From the NCBI GenBank assembly GCA_051294375.1, contig CM119269.1:5754050-5818049 (forward strand): a stretch of 64,000 nt of DNA, written 5' to 3'. The notes under the pieces are model-generated. The model saw nothing but the letters and a program-made list of their open reading frames with translations. It was not told the origin of the DNA and ran no database searches. The position numbers and the translations under genes are program-made. Of the stretch, positions 36,861 through 50,859 are shown one piece after another. The DNA comes from Paraspadella gotoi (lineage: Eukaryota > Animalia > Chaetognatha). Numbering within the stretch: position 1 is the stretch's first letter; each line of letters begins with the position of its first letter.

Positions 36861-37344
36861 AGTATTAAAGGGCCTAGTACCTCTCCTCCTCTCCCCTCCC
36901 TTCTGTTTCGTCCTTTGGCATGGTTTATTCGGACATGCCAACATCCACCGCCCCCCGATTTGGTAATCACCAATTTTAATTAACAATTACAATATACTCT
37001 AGAAATATTCTATAAATCTTTTTACTTTTTAGTTTGAATAATAATGAGCATCAATCCTTAAATAAACTATGAATATTTATATCTTCAGCACCATACAACT
37101 TAAGTATTGTATTTTCTAAGGCATAATTTTTTGTTTCGCTATTAAAATCTTTTTAGCAAATATATTCTTTTAAAGAAATAAGATTAATTAAAAGCTACAA
37201 ATATGCAAATAAGACTCACTTTTTGCGTTGGTTTCTTCAGCTTTATGTGATCACTAAATTGTGCGCATTTCTCTTATTTCCACCATTTCGTCAGGTTAAC
37301 TCTCTCAGAATTATTAAAATATTGTAAATATAAGAGTCGGGACA

Positions 37345-37990
37345 AAAAAATCTTAAAAGAATGGATCGAGCCTCCTTCAATAAATAACCAAAATATTGGA
37401 TGCGATGAATAACCAAAGGATTGATGCGAATGAAACCAAATGATTGATGCGATTGAATAACCAAAATATTGATAGCCGATGATAACCAATAATTGAATGT
37501 GATGATAACATTAATTGATGCGATGATAACCAAATGACGATGTGATGATAACGCAAATGATTGGATGTGGTAATATACCAAAATGGTTGATGCGATGAGA
37601 TAGTCATCATCTGATGTGATGATAATCATTCAAATATAATAAAAAAAACAAATACGTGTATGTAGTGAAAGAGAGGAGAAGAGAGAGAGAGAGAAAAGAG
37701 AGCAGAAAGAAAAGAGAGAGAGGAAGAAAGAAAGAGAGCAGAGAAAGAAAGAGAATGAAATCCAAGAAAATTCTCGGATGTAAATTTGGGATTTTGCATT
37801 GAGAAAGCGTGGAATAAAATGGCGATAAATAACAGTTTTAAAAGGAAAAACAAGTAATTCAGAACTTTTTTTCAAAAAAAAACGATCACGTAGTCCCTAA
37901 GGCAGAGTCGTACAGAGAGAGGAGAAAAGACAGAGAGATAGAGAGAGAGACAGAGAGAGACAGAAAGAGAAAGAGAGAAGACAGACAGAG
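37345..37990 (-). mobile_element. Partial inverted copy of the same HINE family (3' end and internal modules)
   Basis: Reverse complement gaggctcgatccattcttttaagattttt matches the 43826-43855 end. The tgatgcgatgataacc array and the ggaataaaatggcgataa module match 43610-43820 and 42230-42335 in inverted orientation. Confidence 0.6.
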
Positions 37991-38519
37991 ACAGAGGAGA
38001 GAGAGAAAAGAAAGCAGAGAAACAATAAGACACAAACTGTGTCTTGGTGGATTATAAAACAAGACAACGATGAACGAACGAAAGACTAATTAAAACGATG
38101 ACATTGAAGACAATGTGGAAGAAGAGAGACACAAAGAAGAAAACGACAAAGCAGAAGGAACATTGAAGAAGAGGATGAGGAAAAAGAGGAAAAGAAAAGG
38201 ACAATGACAGAAACGATGCGACTTTAAAGACGCAAAATATCGCAAAACTTGTAAAACAAGAACTGCTAATTCAAAATGTGTTGCGCCGCCGCAGTGACTA
38301 CCATTATCGCGTTGTATTCTCGTGACATGACATGACGGATGGACATGACCTTTAAACGTGACATGACATAACTGAGATCGCGGTGCGCAGGCAGGCCAGA
38401 TTCCGCCTGTTTATATTTTTTAATTTCGGATATCTGATGGGTTTACTGGTTGGGTCTTGTTACTCCATTAAAAAACAGTAAAAAGGCAAGCAAATTTCGC
38501 CTCAACCCTCATCAATGTA

Positions 38520-39260
38520 ATCTCGGGCAAGCTGTTTAACGCTAGAACTTTCTTTCGCCTTTTATAAAGAACCTGCATAACAAACTCATCAAAGTAAGAA
38601 GTTGGAAAAATTGAAAACCCTCGTTTCTTTCTCCTTTGTTATTTTTGAGGTTGGAAGTACGTTCATTGGGCAAGCTTGTTTTCTCTTCACTAAAAACTCA
38701 AAATCCGATAAAAATCCGCATTAACCTCGATTCTGGAACCTGATGTGACCGTGTAAAACCTGACAATGATACTAAGTTAAGGATAAACCTGGGAAACGAA
38801 TATAAGAAAGTCGTCAAAGAAAAAATATAAAACCTAGTCTTTCTTTGTTATTTTCGAATGATTGACGTTATCAAACTGGTGAGTATATTCTTTCTTAAAA
38901 CTCAAAACCGCTAAAATCCCGCTACAGAACCGTAATAGCCAAAACCTATTCTAATAATAAAACTATTGTCAATTTTTACTATGGATAACCTTGAGTAAAA
39001 CGAGTAACTACAAGAAAAAATTCATTTCAGGAAACGTAGTTTATTTCTTATATATTTTGAACTCCATTTCTAATTTAGTACCTCATTGGGCAAAAATCAA
39101 TTTTCTCCTCTATTTTATGAATATCGGCTATTAATCGCATTAACAGTGAGGATCAAGGAACCTTTCCTTGACTAATGAAACCCATAGATAATTGGTCAGA
39201 TGTGATAAAACCTGGTAAACGAGTGAACCTATAGTAAAAAAATTGTTTTTGGTAAGTTTT
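38520..39260 (+). repeat. Degenerate ~210-bp tandem repeat, 3-4 copies
   Basis: Recurring gggcaa..., aaaactcaaaa(t)ccg..., cgcattaac and gataa(a)cct(g)g..aaacga motifs at ~210-bp spacing in noisy sequence. Confidence 0.5.
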
Positions 39261-41267
39261 TTTAAAAGGAAAAAATATGTGAGGCTAATATAATAAGTAA
39301 AAACATATATTACTATTAGAAAAAAGATACGCATTTTGATTTTTGGATATGATAAAGGTGAGACGTCTAGCTTTCCTAAACGCCGTATATTTTATTACAA
39401 TGACAATATATTTAGAAAATGACAGTAAGAATAAAGAAAAAGTTTTTTTAATTTTAAGGAAGTAAAAAGAGAGGGTCGAAGATAAGAAGAAAAGTTAACG
39501 AAAATTTTTCGAATCTTTTTTGGTCAAAAATCCCGCAAGTACCATTACTTGTCATTAAAAACTATTGAAATCGAAATTCGTGTACAATGACCTTTTTCAG
39601 CTCTTTCTGAAATTTTTTATTTTTTCCTGGAGGCATGTATCAGCGTGCGGCGTCTCTCTCAACGCCCCCCCCTGCTCTATATTCTCCCCCCACGTCAAAT
39701 GAAAAAACAAAAGCCCTGAACGAAGTATAGCGCGTGGGCGCTTCGCCAACGGAAAGTCGGAAGCCAACGAAAGATGGAAGCCCTCGCTCTCTTTTAAGCC
39801 CAACTCTTTCGCTCGAAGGTCCTTTACGTTATCCGCAGAGCGACACGACGTCTCCAGCGTGCCCTGACCCTGGCCTGACCCTTCACTACTCCCCACCCCT
39901 TCAAGACCCCCTTCGTTTCCTCCAAACCCCTCGTGTTTAACTATTGAGAATCGTCACTACTACAAACTTCCATGCAGGCGTTACTGAAGAACTCCTCACT
40001 TCCTGTCTCCAGACAATTTATTCCCTTATGCTTAAAAATCCGGCCCTCTGTTTTCCCAGAACGCCCCATTTTATCTTAAATTTAGAATTAGGTTAATTTT
40101 TTTTAAATTAAAGATTAGGCTTATTTTCCCAGAACACCCTCATTTTATCTTAAATTTAAAAATTAGGCTATTTTTTTTAAAAATTAAAGATTCAACTTTA
40201 TTTTCCCAGAATGCCCAATTTTATCTTAAATTTAGAAATTAGGTTAATTTTTTTTAAATTAAAGATTAGGCTTTTTTACCCAGAATGTTTTATTTTATTT
40301 TAAATTTAAAATTAGGTTATTTTTTTAAATTAAAATTAGGCATTATTTTACCAGAACATTATATTTTATCTTAAATTTAGAATTAGGTTAATTTTTTTAA
40401 AAATTAAAATTAGGTTAGAGGTTAGGGGTTAGGGACTGGGTTAAGGATAAGGTTAATGAATAATATTAAAGACTAGTTTAATGGTTAGGGATTAAAACTT
40501 AAAGAGCTAGGGTTTAAGATTAGTGCTTGGGTTAGAAATTAGGGTTAAGGGTTTAGGGTTAGGTTTAAAGATTAATTTAGAGCTCGGGATTAGGATTAGG
40601 GATTATAGTTAATTTAAAACATATTTAAATTAAATATTAAGGTTAAATTAAATTCCGGGATAAAGGAAGCGGAAATTGGGCGCTCTGGGAAAAAAGAGCC
40701 AAAAAAACCTTCATCGCTTTTGCTCTCTACAATCATAAACCCTCAACTCCCCCCTTCCCTTCAGTCCTTACCTCCACTTGGACCGCATCGACGCTGAAAC
40801 TTATTTTTTTGGCGCGAATTCGGTTTTTTTCGTCGTCGTTAATCTTTGCGCTCGAGGATAATGGGCAGGGGAGAGGGCAGGGAGAGGGCATGGGAGAGGG
40901 GAGAGGCAGAGAACCGGAGACGATTGACGGGAAAGGGAGAACAGGGATAAGGGGTGAACGGGGAACGGGAAAAGCGCATGGAAAGGAAGATTAGGATATA
41001 AAAGGAGTAAAAGAAGAGAAACTGAAAGGGCATGGAAAAGGATATGGGAATTGGCATGGAATAGGAGATTAAATACATGAACAGAGAAATGGGCAAAGGA
41101 AAGGGTATAAATACATTACATAAGAAGAGAAACGGGGCAAGAGAAATGAGGAGTCTCGGCTCATCGGAAAGTCGAGTCCAGGGAACAAAGCGGCGAGAGT
41201 CATTCGTCATACGTAATCAAATTTTTCGCTATTATACATAACTTAGTAGTAATTAGTCCACATATTG

Positions 41268-41331
41268 TTATCGAGCCTGACCGGCGAAGCCGGGTTCAGG
41301 CTCTATAAGTTTTAGGTTTGCTTCTTTGTGA

Positions 41332-41362
<31 letters not shown>

Positions 41363-41412
41363 CGTCGTCGTCGTCGTCGTCGTCGTTCGTCGTCGTCGTC
41401 CGTCGTCGTCGT

Positions 41413-41474
<62 letters not shown>

Positions 41475-43479
41475 TCGTCGTCGTCGTCGTCGTCGTCGTC
41501 ACGCTGTTTTCATATATATAAACTACTACGCTTTTATAGGTTGGCTGTGACTTACCGTTTTTTTAAAATAAAAATTATTATGATTATGATAAAGTTTTAC
41601 AAAAGTGTGGCGATCATAGTAAGTTAAAAAATTTAGAGTTGGCTTTTTCATCTTGAAATAGCTGTGATATTTCATATTACATTTGGATTTAAGTATTTTT
41701 GTTTTGAATTTCCACTTCATTATGGTTTACTGCAATATGCAAATGAGATTAAAGTACTCGCTTATAATATCCAAATTAGTATATAGAAATGCCTTTTAAA
41801 TCTAATTTTTACATATTGCAGTATATATATTGAAGATGAAATTCAAAAAAATTTGTTTTAAATTTTTTATAAAAATGGGAACTCAAAGGATCTTTTTAAT
41901 GAGAAGCTATATCTTAATTTTAATACAAATATAAATTAAATCTTTTACAAGCTGCGATTGGAAAAAATTGGAAAAATTTCCAATTGTAAACAAATTGTAA
42001 CATATTTTTGCCTTTCTTTTATTTCTTTAAATTATATATAGATTTTCTTTCCTATATTTGTCCAGTTGCCTGCTTTTTTCGAACCTTTAAAAAACGAGTT
42101 CAGGTTCTGCAGTGACTGTTCAGCTGCGGTTCCAGCTTTTCTCTTTCTTCTGTCTCTTTGTCTCTCTTTTTCTCTTTCTGTCTCTCTTTCTCTCTCTTTC
42201 TGTCTTTCTGTCTCTCTCACTCTGTACGATCGTTCGTTTTTTTGAAAAAAAATTCTGATTATTATTTTCCTTCTCAAAACTTTTATTATCGCCATTTATT
42301 CCGCGTTTTTTTTTCAATACAAAAATCCCAAATTTATATTGAAGATATAATTGAAAAGAAATTCGGTTTTTTCTTTTTCTTTCTCTCTCTCAACTCTCTC
42401 ATTATTTTTTTTTAAAAAAATGAAGAATAACTTATAATGATATGCATTATCAACATATAAAATCAGCTAATGTGAACTATTATATATGCAGCACTTCCGC
42501 CTGAATAATATAATTGCATGCCATCACATTATAAAAAAAAAAAATTTGTTTTTATTTATTATTGCAACCTTGGACCGGTTGGCCCACTATTGGCAATATA
42601 TTCTTAAAATAGGAGTTGATAAAGAAGATATAGTCAAATTAAACATTACTTTTTTTGTTATTCTGATAAATTTGTACTATTATTAAATTATAAATATTTT
42701 TAGTGTATATATTTAATCATTTTTAAATTTTTTTTTAAATAATAATTATTGAGTTGTGATAACTATTTTATAAATTAATTAAATATGCAAATATTAATTT
42801 TGACCTCGTCTGGTTTCTTCTTAAAAAAAGAACAATCTTTTTCTCTCTCTATCTCTCTTTCTCTCTCTCTTCCTCTCTCTCTCTCTCTCTTATCTCTAAA
42901 AACTTTTATTATCAGCCATTTATTCCGAAGATTTTCGTGGATTTTTTCCTTCTAAAAAACTTTTATTATCGCCATTTATATTATTTTATCTCAATACAAA
43001 ATCCCAAAATACAATAAACTTACTTAACCTAGATTTCGTGGCGTTGCGGAGCAACAAGTAAACAATGTCGAGGAACATGACCTATAAACGCGTTACGTGT
43101 ATAAAAAAAAATCAACATAGAACCAATTCACCCAGCGCCGTTGCGAGGCAACGGAATAACCGATATAAACGAGAGTGAACCTAATAATGCGTCTCGTTGG
43201 TGGGAAAAACCTCTCTCTCTCTCTCTCTTTCTCACTCTCCCTCCCTCTTTCTCTTTCTCTCTCTCTCTCTCTCTCCTCTCCTCTCTCTCTCTCTCTCTCT
43301 CTTTTTTTCCTTCCTAAAAAACTTTTATTATCGCCATTTATTCCGCGCTTTTTTCTCAATACAAAATCACAAATTTACATCGAGATTTTCGTGGATTTTT
43401 TTTCTAAAAAATTCTGATTATTCTTTATATAAACGAGAGAGACCTAATAATGCTTTTCGTTGGCGGGAAAACTGTCCAG

Positions 43480-43517
<38 letters not shown>

Positions 43518-43851
43518 TCCTCTCCTCTCTCTCTCTCTCTCTATCTCTCTGCCTCTCTCTCTCTCTTTCTCTCACTCATAACACGCATTTGTTTGTTTTA
43601 TTTACGATGAATGATTCAGCGCGTCAATGAATCACTATCATCGCATCAATGAATGACTATCATCGTATCAATGAATGATTATCATCATATCAAATGAATG
43701 ACTATCATCGCATCAATCATTTGATTATCATCACATCAGCATTTTGTTATCATCGCATCAATTATTGGTTATCATCACGCGCAATATTTGGTTATCATCG
43801 CATCAATATTTGGTTACTATCGAAGCGGCTCGGATCTTATGCTTTTAAGAT
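41268..43851 (+). mobile_element. Helentron/DINE-1-like (HINE) element, ~2.6 kb, non-coding
   Basis: 5' palindrome ttatcgagcctga-ccggcgaagccgg-gt-tcaggctctataa, then (GTC)n at 41332-41500. Internal repeats include aaaacttttattatcgccatttatt x4 and an atcatcgcatcaa array. The 3' end has a subterminal match ggctcg and a stem-loop atctta..taagat followed by a T-run. Confidence 0.65.
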
Positions 43852-44610
43852 TTTTTTTTTAAACGTTTCGTTTTTAATCGTAGTCAATTTGTCATCAGGT
43901 TGTTATCTTTGTTATTTAATTTTTTTCTCCTTCGTTCGTCCGTATTTTGATGATAATCGTAGGAGTTCGTCTTTTTATTATTATCACTGTCTCCGCTGTT
44001 GGCCTATGTATGATAGTATTTTTTTCGTTCACGCTATGTCGTTTTTTTTTAGTTCATAAAGTCATTCTTCATTCAATGTTCATTAACTTCATTCATTTAT
44101 TCATTCATTTCATTCATTCATTCATTCATTCATTCATTCTTCATTTTTGTCTTTATTTTTCCCCGTCGTCTTTTATTCTTATACATCTTCGTCTTTGGTC
44201 GTGTCGTCTCGTCGTCGTCGTCGTCATTCTTCATCTTCGTTTCTCTTTGTTCGAATTGAACAACAGAAGCAGAAATAATTTTTTTCTTTTCTCCAACTGA
44301 GACACCTGGGATTTGCGGGGGTAAATGGTGGCGAAGGAGAAATGAGAGTGGCGGCAGAGTGGCGGGCAAAAGTGACGGCTAAGTTGCGGGCAGAGTTGTG
44401 GGCATAGTGGCGGGCAGTGTGGCTGGCATACTGGTGGGCAAAGGGGCGACGAGAGTGATACTAACAGTAGCGGCCTTGTAGAAGTTGTTGGGTGATGTTT
44501 AGTAACAAATGGTTACAGTCTCCCTCTCTCTTCCTTCTCTCTCTCCTAGCTCTCTCTTTCAACTACAGTCATCTCCTCTCTCTCGNNNNNNNNNNNNNNN
44601 NNNNNNNNNN

Positions 44611-44646
<36 letters not shown>

Positions 44647-47600
44647 TTACCCTTTTTCTCTCCGTCTCTCTTTCGACGAAAATAAATCATGATTTATGAC
44701 TCAATGTCTCAGCTCAAATCCCCAAGCGCCATCCCGCGGTTCCCAGTGTCACCGATCAGTGCCACCGACTGTTTCCTTCCAAACAATGCTTGGTTACTTT
44801 GCCTATTAGTACAAGCAACCCGGATTCGAGATAAATAATCCAAGAGGTTTTTTCCAAGCTCGCTGACTTGAATTAAATTTAAAATGCAAGAGAAAACATA
44901 TGGTCGTCAATTGACTAAGTAATGTCTCCCAGGATATTAGTTGTGAGATGGAGTGACGTAAGGATGAGTAAATGCGACGTTTAAGAAAAACAGTTTCAAA
45001 AGCGCCAAAAGGAAGTCCTACGGCGGAAAGTAAGAAAGACAGTCAAAGCGATATAGAGAGACAGAAGAAAAGACAAAACATTTTTTTTTTTTTAAGACTT
45101 TAACTACAATCATCAGTTCGTCTTTAATCTTTTTTCTTCTTCAGGTCGAGATATTTTTGTTCGGGATCTGACATCACAAAATTATTTCTATCCGCCGACA
45201 GATTTTCTCACCAAACTACCGTCCAAATTGATCCGCGTCTCGAGATGCCATTCACATTTTCCAGTATTTTCTTCTCCGAACTTCTTCCAAAAAAAAAGTC
45301 ACCACTCGAAATTCTTCTTTCCTTCTTTTTCCATCGAATTCATTCGAGCTTCACATCGCAAACATTTGATTCCAACTTCGTCCCATCGCAAACATACGTT
45401 GTCGAAGCGTCCCATCGCAACCATGTGTTCCCAAAGCGTCGCATCGTGAAGCGTAACATCGCAAACATTGGTTCCCGAGCCAATCGCAGCACGTCTCGCT
45501 GTATTCAAAGCCTTACATCCATAGTCACTGTTTAATCTTAATCTTTATTTTTCTTATTTTTTTTTTTCATTTTACAAACTTAATAAGGTACGTATTTGCC
45601 AATTAACCAAATGTTTCCAATTGTAACTAATTTGCTTCCAATATCAGTTTTTATCCATCGACACGTTAAGTCAGTTATGAAAACTTTAGTACACTGTGGA
45701 CTGTGCAGTAGGGCGGATCATATGCACATATAATTTTTCAAAATATGTGGCCCTGTCGGTGATTCCTTTACCTAATGTCGTTTTATTTGATTTCACAATA
45801 ATAAATTCCAAAAAAAATATTCAGGATCCACTGCAGATTTTACAATTTTTAAAAAGAATCTTCAATTACGATCTGTGATTGGTGGAAATTGGTCACGTGA
45901 CCATCAAATTTTAGTTTTTGTTTTATTTTTTACTTAATAAAAAGTTGTTTCTTGGTTTTAGCAATAAAAATTTTACGTATTTAAAGATTATAAGTTTATG
46001 AACAAAATCAAGAGAGAATAAGTGAGAGAAAGAATAAGTAAAGCCCCTGACCGCATCAATATAAACGGACTTATCTCTCACTCTTTTCTTTCTCCTCTTT
46101 CCTTCTCTATCTCTCTCTCTCTCCTGAAGAAGAATTCTATCTTCTCGCACGCGGAAACTAACGTTCAAGTGTCCCCTGTCCAAAAAATGAGTTGACTAGA
46201 GTTTCAGAAACGTATGTTTAATGAGAGAAAATAGTAACAAGTTTCAACAGCAACGATCGTGATTCGGTCATAAAACGAATGAAAACAAAGAGAGAAATTT
46301 GTACTTATTGGGTCACAAAGGGATAGAAGGAGAAGACAAGGCTAGATATTCTTCACTTTCTCTATTTAAAAATTGTAAGTTTCAGTAAAAAAAAAAATAG
46401 AAAGAAATTAAAACACTTTCTTTCTTTCTTGTGCCCCATTTGCTAGTGATACCATTTCTCTCATTTAATTTTCCAGCCCTGTCCGTCAATTTGGCAGACA
46501 AAGTCTCCTTATGTCTGCCTCCAGCCGCAGACAATGTTGGGCATCTTTTTTGAGATTGATAATTTTTTTTGCGCGATTTTTAGTTAAAGATTTTTTAACA
46601 ATTGTTTGTCCGCTTTGGGAATGTATGTTAAAAAGATATCTCACCTCGCTTAAGCTCTTTTTTCGTCATTTGAACACACTTTAGGCCAAATAATTTTATG
46701 GTCTCCTGCCTCAATTTTTCCGTTGTTTTATGGGAGGGACACGTAAAGGAAGATTGCTGTTCAGAGGGCCGTTGCGGCGCCTGCGATGGGCTACATACAA
46801 ACACAGTCGCTTCATGATGAGTTTCAATGAGTGTTTGAGCTGCCTCGATTTCTGGTGATCTTTCTAGTGGCGATGGTGATTTCAAATGTGTTTGTTTAAT
46901 ATACATTATAAATGAATTAGAAACAGTTCCATAATATGTTGGTTATATTTATTTGATGAAGGCTGAGAGTCGATTTGACGCAGACGGACAAGAAAAAGAG
47001 AAAAAAAAAGAAAAGAGACAAATCACCGAACTGAGCCGTCAGGCACACAATAGAGATTAGTAAAGGAATAACCTAAGGAGAAGATATGCTATTCCTGCAT
47101 AACAACGCGAACGCTGAGAAGAGACAATCCTTAAGACATCTGTTTAGATAACTACTGCTAGAGGAGGCATTTATTATTTGGGCTCCATAATCTTACATCA
47201 TCTTCAGAGTTTGTTGCTAAGCATTATAACAACAACGAAGAAAGGTAGGATGTGTTTAAAATATGTATGAGTTCACGTAAATCGCACCATTCAATCACTC
47301 AATCGCGACGAAAAAGAGAGAGATTCCATGTCGATAAGGATCAGTCGATCATACAGACAATATCTAACTTTCATAAACACCACTTATTTTAATTTTACTT
47401 CACTCCTTTTATGTTGCCGTGAGTAGCAGTATACGGTAACGTTGTGGATTGCTTTATAATTACGTTTTACATCAACTTTGTATCTGTTTCTTGTCTCGGT
47501 CATCGTTCGGTAGATTGTCGAGCTTTTCTTTCAGCCTCTGTTCCAGATATAATATTATAGGGTTAAGGGTATTCTTTCTTTTCTATTTTTTTATTTATCT

Positions 47601-47984
47601 ATTGGGATTTAGTTTTCCCTTCATTCATTTAATCTTGTTTGCCGTTTTTTTTTTTAAACATAAAATGTATGTGCCTCCCGTTGGGATTCGAACTTGGGGT
47701 ATTAACATGATTTCTTATATCAACGTATTTATCGAAATAACAAGAAAATACAATTAAATATTTAATGCAGTTGAAAGAAAATTTCTGAAAAAAATAAAAC
47801 AGAAAAGTCATTATATATAACTGCACGAGAGGGGAATAATTTTCATGCGAGCTGCCAGGTTTCACACAGTTTATTTTGGCCTTGTTTATTCAATTTATAC
47901 ACGAGTGCATTGTTCCATATCATGTGTATCGGCTCTCTCCAAGAAGGTATATTTTATTTCTCAAAGGATAATATTCCTCACTTC

Positions 47985-48245
47985 TTTCTTTCCATGGAAA
48001 CTTTCATCCCTGATTCTGACAACACTACCGGGAGGAGAAAAATCAAAGGTTAGATGCTCCCATGACCGTGCTTAATAGTATATGTTTTTAGTTACATCAG
48101 GAGGACTTTCCATCTATAACAAAAGCAGCACTTGATAGTTTGTTCTCGTTTAGTATCATTACCATGCTCCGTCACGTTGAGGCCCGTCCGATATTTTCTC
48201 CTTAAGGCTGGGAAATACGTACGAGGCCTGCAAATCTTGGACAAG
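47985..48245 (+). pseudogene. Possible decayed hAT transposase C-terminal (dimerisation domain) fragment
   Basis: HQEDFPSITKAALD followed, across frameshifts, by SLPCS, VE, IFS and KAGKYVR. This loosely matches the hAT motif H...FP.L...A...L..P.TS...ER.FS.AG but needs several frameshifts. Confidence 0.3.
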
Positions 48246-48604
48246 GAGGAGGAAAGTGCTAAAATATGCAAATTTAAGTAATAAATTTTCATTCATTCTT
48301 GATGCATTTAATTATCAAATCGTAACGGATGGGACGTTACTCAACTTCTAACTGTCATAAAATGGGGGGTAATTTTTCGGAAAACCGGATGTAAACAAAA
48401 TATATTACGGACAATCTTCTCTTAAACTTGTTTTTTAATTTGCAGAATTTTTTTTTTCAAGGTATTTTTTTTCTTTATTGTTTTCCCCGGAAATTTTTTT
48501 CAAAAATTAATTTCCTAATATAAACTTAAGGTTTTTGTATTTAAATAATCAACAAATAATCGAGAATGTGGGGTTTTATTTCTCTTTAAACCTTTTTTTG
48601 ACTC

Positions 48605-48773
48605 AAAGTTTGAAATGAATTTTCAACAGCGATTTTATTTTTAACTTTTACTTTAAAATTTAAGTCTGATGTAAGCTTGTTAGTTTAAGCCGACAACCAG
48701 ACCTATCAATCGAATGTCCCCCGTTTTTTTTATTAAAAAATAAAATCGTTGTTGAAAATTCATTTCAAACTTT
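48605..48773. repeat. ~40-bp inverted repeat with an ~88-bp spacer (mini-MITE or foldback)
   Basis: aaagtttgaaatgaattttcaacagcgattttatttttaa vs ttaaaaaataaaatcgttgttgaaaattcatttcaaacttt; one mismatch and one indel. Confidence 0.85.
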
Positions 48774-49727
48774 TCTAAATAATTATTACAACAACGAAAA
48801 GAAAGGATTATACCCACAAAACCTTTTATTCAAAATTCAAGAGGATGAAGCAGATGAGTTGGGTGAAAATCAGAGAGAGAAGAGAGAGAGAGAGAGAGAG
48901 AAAGAGAAGAGACCTCTCAGCAGATCATAAAATGAGTCAAAAACTTTTTCAATAGCAAAAACCTGATAAGGTATATAGTAGAAAGACTTCGTCGTCGTTG
49001 TAATTCGTCGTCGTTTTTTGCCTGAACTATTTGAGCTTCCAAAACAGAACGACCAAACCAGAGTAATCAAGAAAAAAAAAAGAAAAGTAAAAAACGTTAA
49101 GTTTTATTAGGGGATTTTCTAGAAAACTGTTTCTCATATTCGTGCGGGCCATACCGTGAGACATATCATGAATTTCAGTAACCCATTGAAAAAGTGTCTT
49201 TTTTTTCATCCTACTTGAATTGCGCGTATGCGAATGATATCGAGAAATCCTTTGTTCTTTAATCTCATATTGCATATATAGTGCGGTAAAAATTTTTAAA
49301 ACAGTAAAATATTCAATAATGGGCTTTAACTTTTAAAAAAAATTAACCTTCATATACTCATTTAGGTACATGGAAAGTACCAGAGATCATCACAGACAGG
49401 CAAGGCCAAACCTGATAATCGATCCGGCCACTACCTGTCGCAGGCAAAAAGTTGATTAGTAAGTTTATTAGTAAGTTTATTATTTAGCGAATTTTAGCGT
49501 GTATGTTCAGCGTATTTATAATGCCCGACAACAATAGGTAAGTTTTTAAAAAGTATTATCGGTTTAATTTTTAAAATTTTTCAAAATCCGTTTTTTGGAT
49601 TCGTGCGACTATTTGTGAGTTTGTGAGTTTGTGAGTCTGCGTCGGTGGGAGTGAACTCTCTCTTTCACTGAGCGGAAGCGCCGTCCCAAACAAAATCTTC
49701 ACTTCATTATTATTCTTTATTTCCTCC

Positions 49728-49772
<45 letters not shown>

Positions 49773-50756
49773 CTCTCTCTGCGTGTCTACTCTTCCCTCA
49801 CAGAACCCCCGGAGAAAAGATTGAGCCAAGCGGTGGGAGGAGATTTTAGAGAAAGAGAGAGAGAGAGGGAGAGAGAGAGATATAAAGAGAAAGAGAGAGA
49901 CAGAGACAGACGGGGTTAAAGAAGGCCGAAGGCTTTGGAAGAAAAGAGAATCTCAAAGAGACGAAGGGAAAAAAAGGAAAATGGAAAATTATCGTCGGAG
50001 ACAACGGAAAACGCCGTTTTGAAGCGGAAAGGAGAAGCGTAGATTATGAAAGGGAAGCGGATAAAAAAGCGGAAAGAATAAGAAGGAAGCGGACAGAAAA
50101 ACGAGGAAATTATAAGAAGGATCTCGATAATTGCTCAAAAAGAAAGAGAAAAATGTCAAATTTGAAAACTAAACATTGTTTTTCACAGTTTAAATTTTTG
50201 TTTACCAATAACGGAGATCACTGTTCATTTATTCATTCTTCTCTACTTAAGCATAACACTAACATAGGAACGAATAAAATAAAAAACGTTATTTGGTTTG
50301 TATGTTTTTATAGAGTGAAAAAATTGTTTTTTCTTCTCGTTTCGGAGGTTTTGAGCGATTCGTGGTTTTTTTTTTTTTTTTGAATAACGTGCGATAAAGA
50401 GTGTAAGGATACTCCTAAAAAATTATGAGGCATAAAGAATATCACAGAAATGAGGGTAGAGAACGGAAATTCAGAGGGAAATAGGTGAGAGAAAAAGAGA
50501 GAGAGAGAGAGAGAGACGAGAGAGAGAGAGAGGGAGAGAGAGGAGAGAGAGAGAGAGGGTAGAAAGAGAAGAGACAAGAAGACAAGAGGAGAATTCCACC
50601 GATGCAAGAAAAGATTTGGCGAATCATAAGAAAATGTCTGCGGCTTAAAACTGGAAAGATAAACTAAACCAGGGGCTTTTAAAGAAAAAACGGAAATTTG
50701 GGAAAAAAAACCGGGGTGGGGTATGAACGAGTGGTTAGCGAACCAGCGAGGAAAAA

Positions 50757-50798
<42 letters not shown>

Positions 50799-50859
50799 GA
50801 GGAGAGAGAGAAGGCGGTCTGACACATCTGTTAGATCTCTTGAGAAGAGAAAGAGAGAG

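Larger units (their letters stand above)
33883..44360 (+). repeat. Direct duplication: 33883-35486 + 35498-35995 repeated at 39648-41278 + 43847-44360
   Basis: Collinear blocks. The 11-N gap in copy 1 sits exactly where copy 2 has the 2.6-kb HINE interior. Confidence 0.88.
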
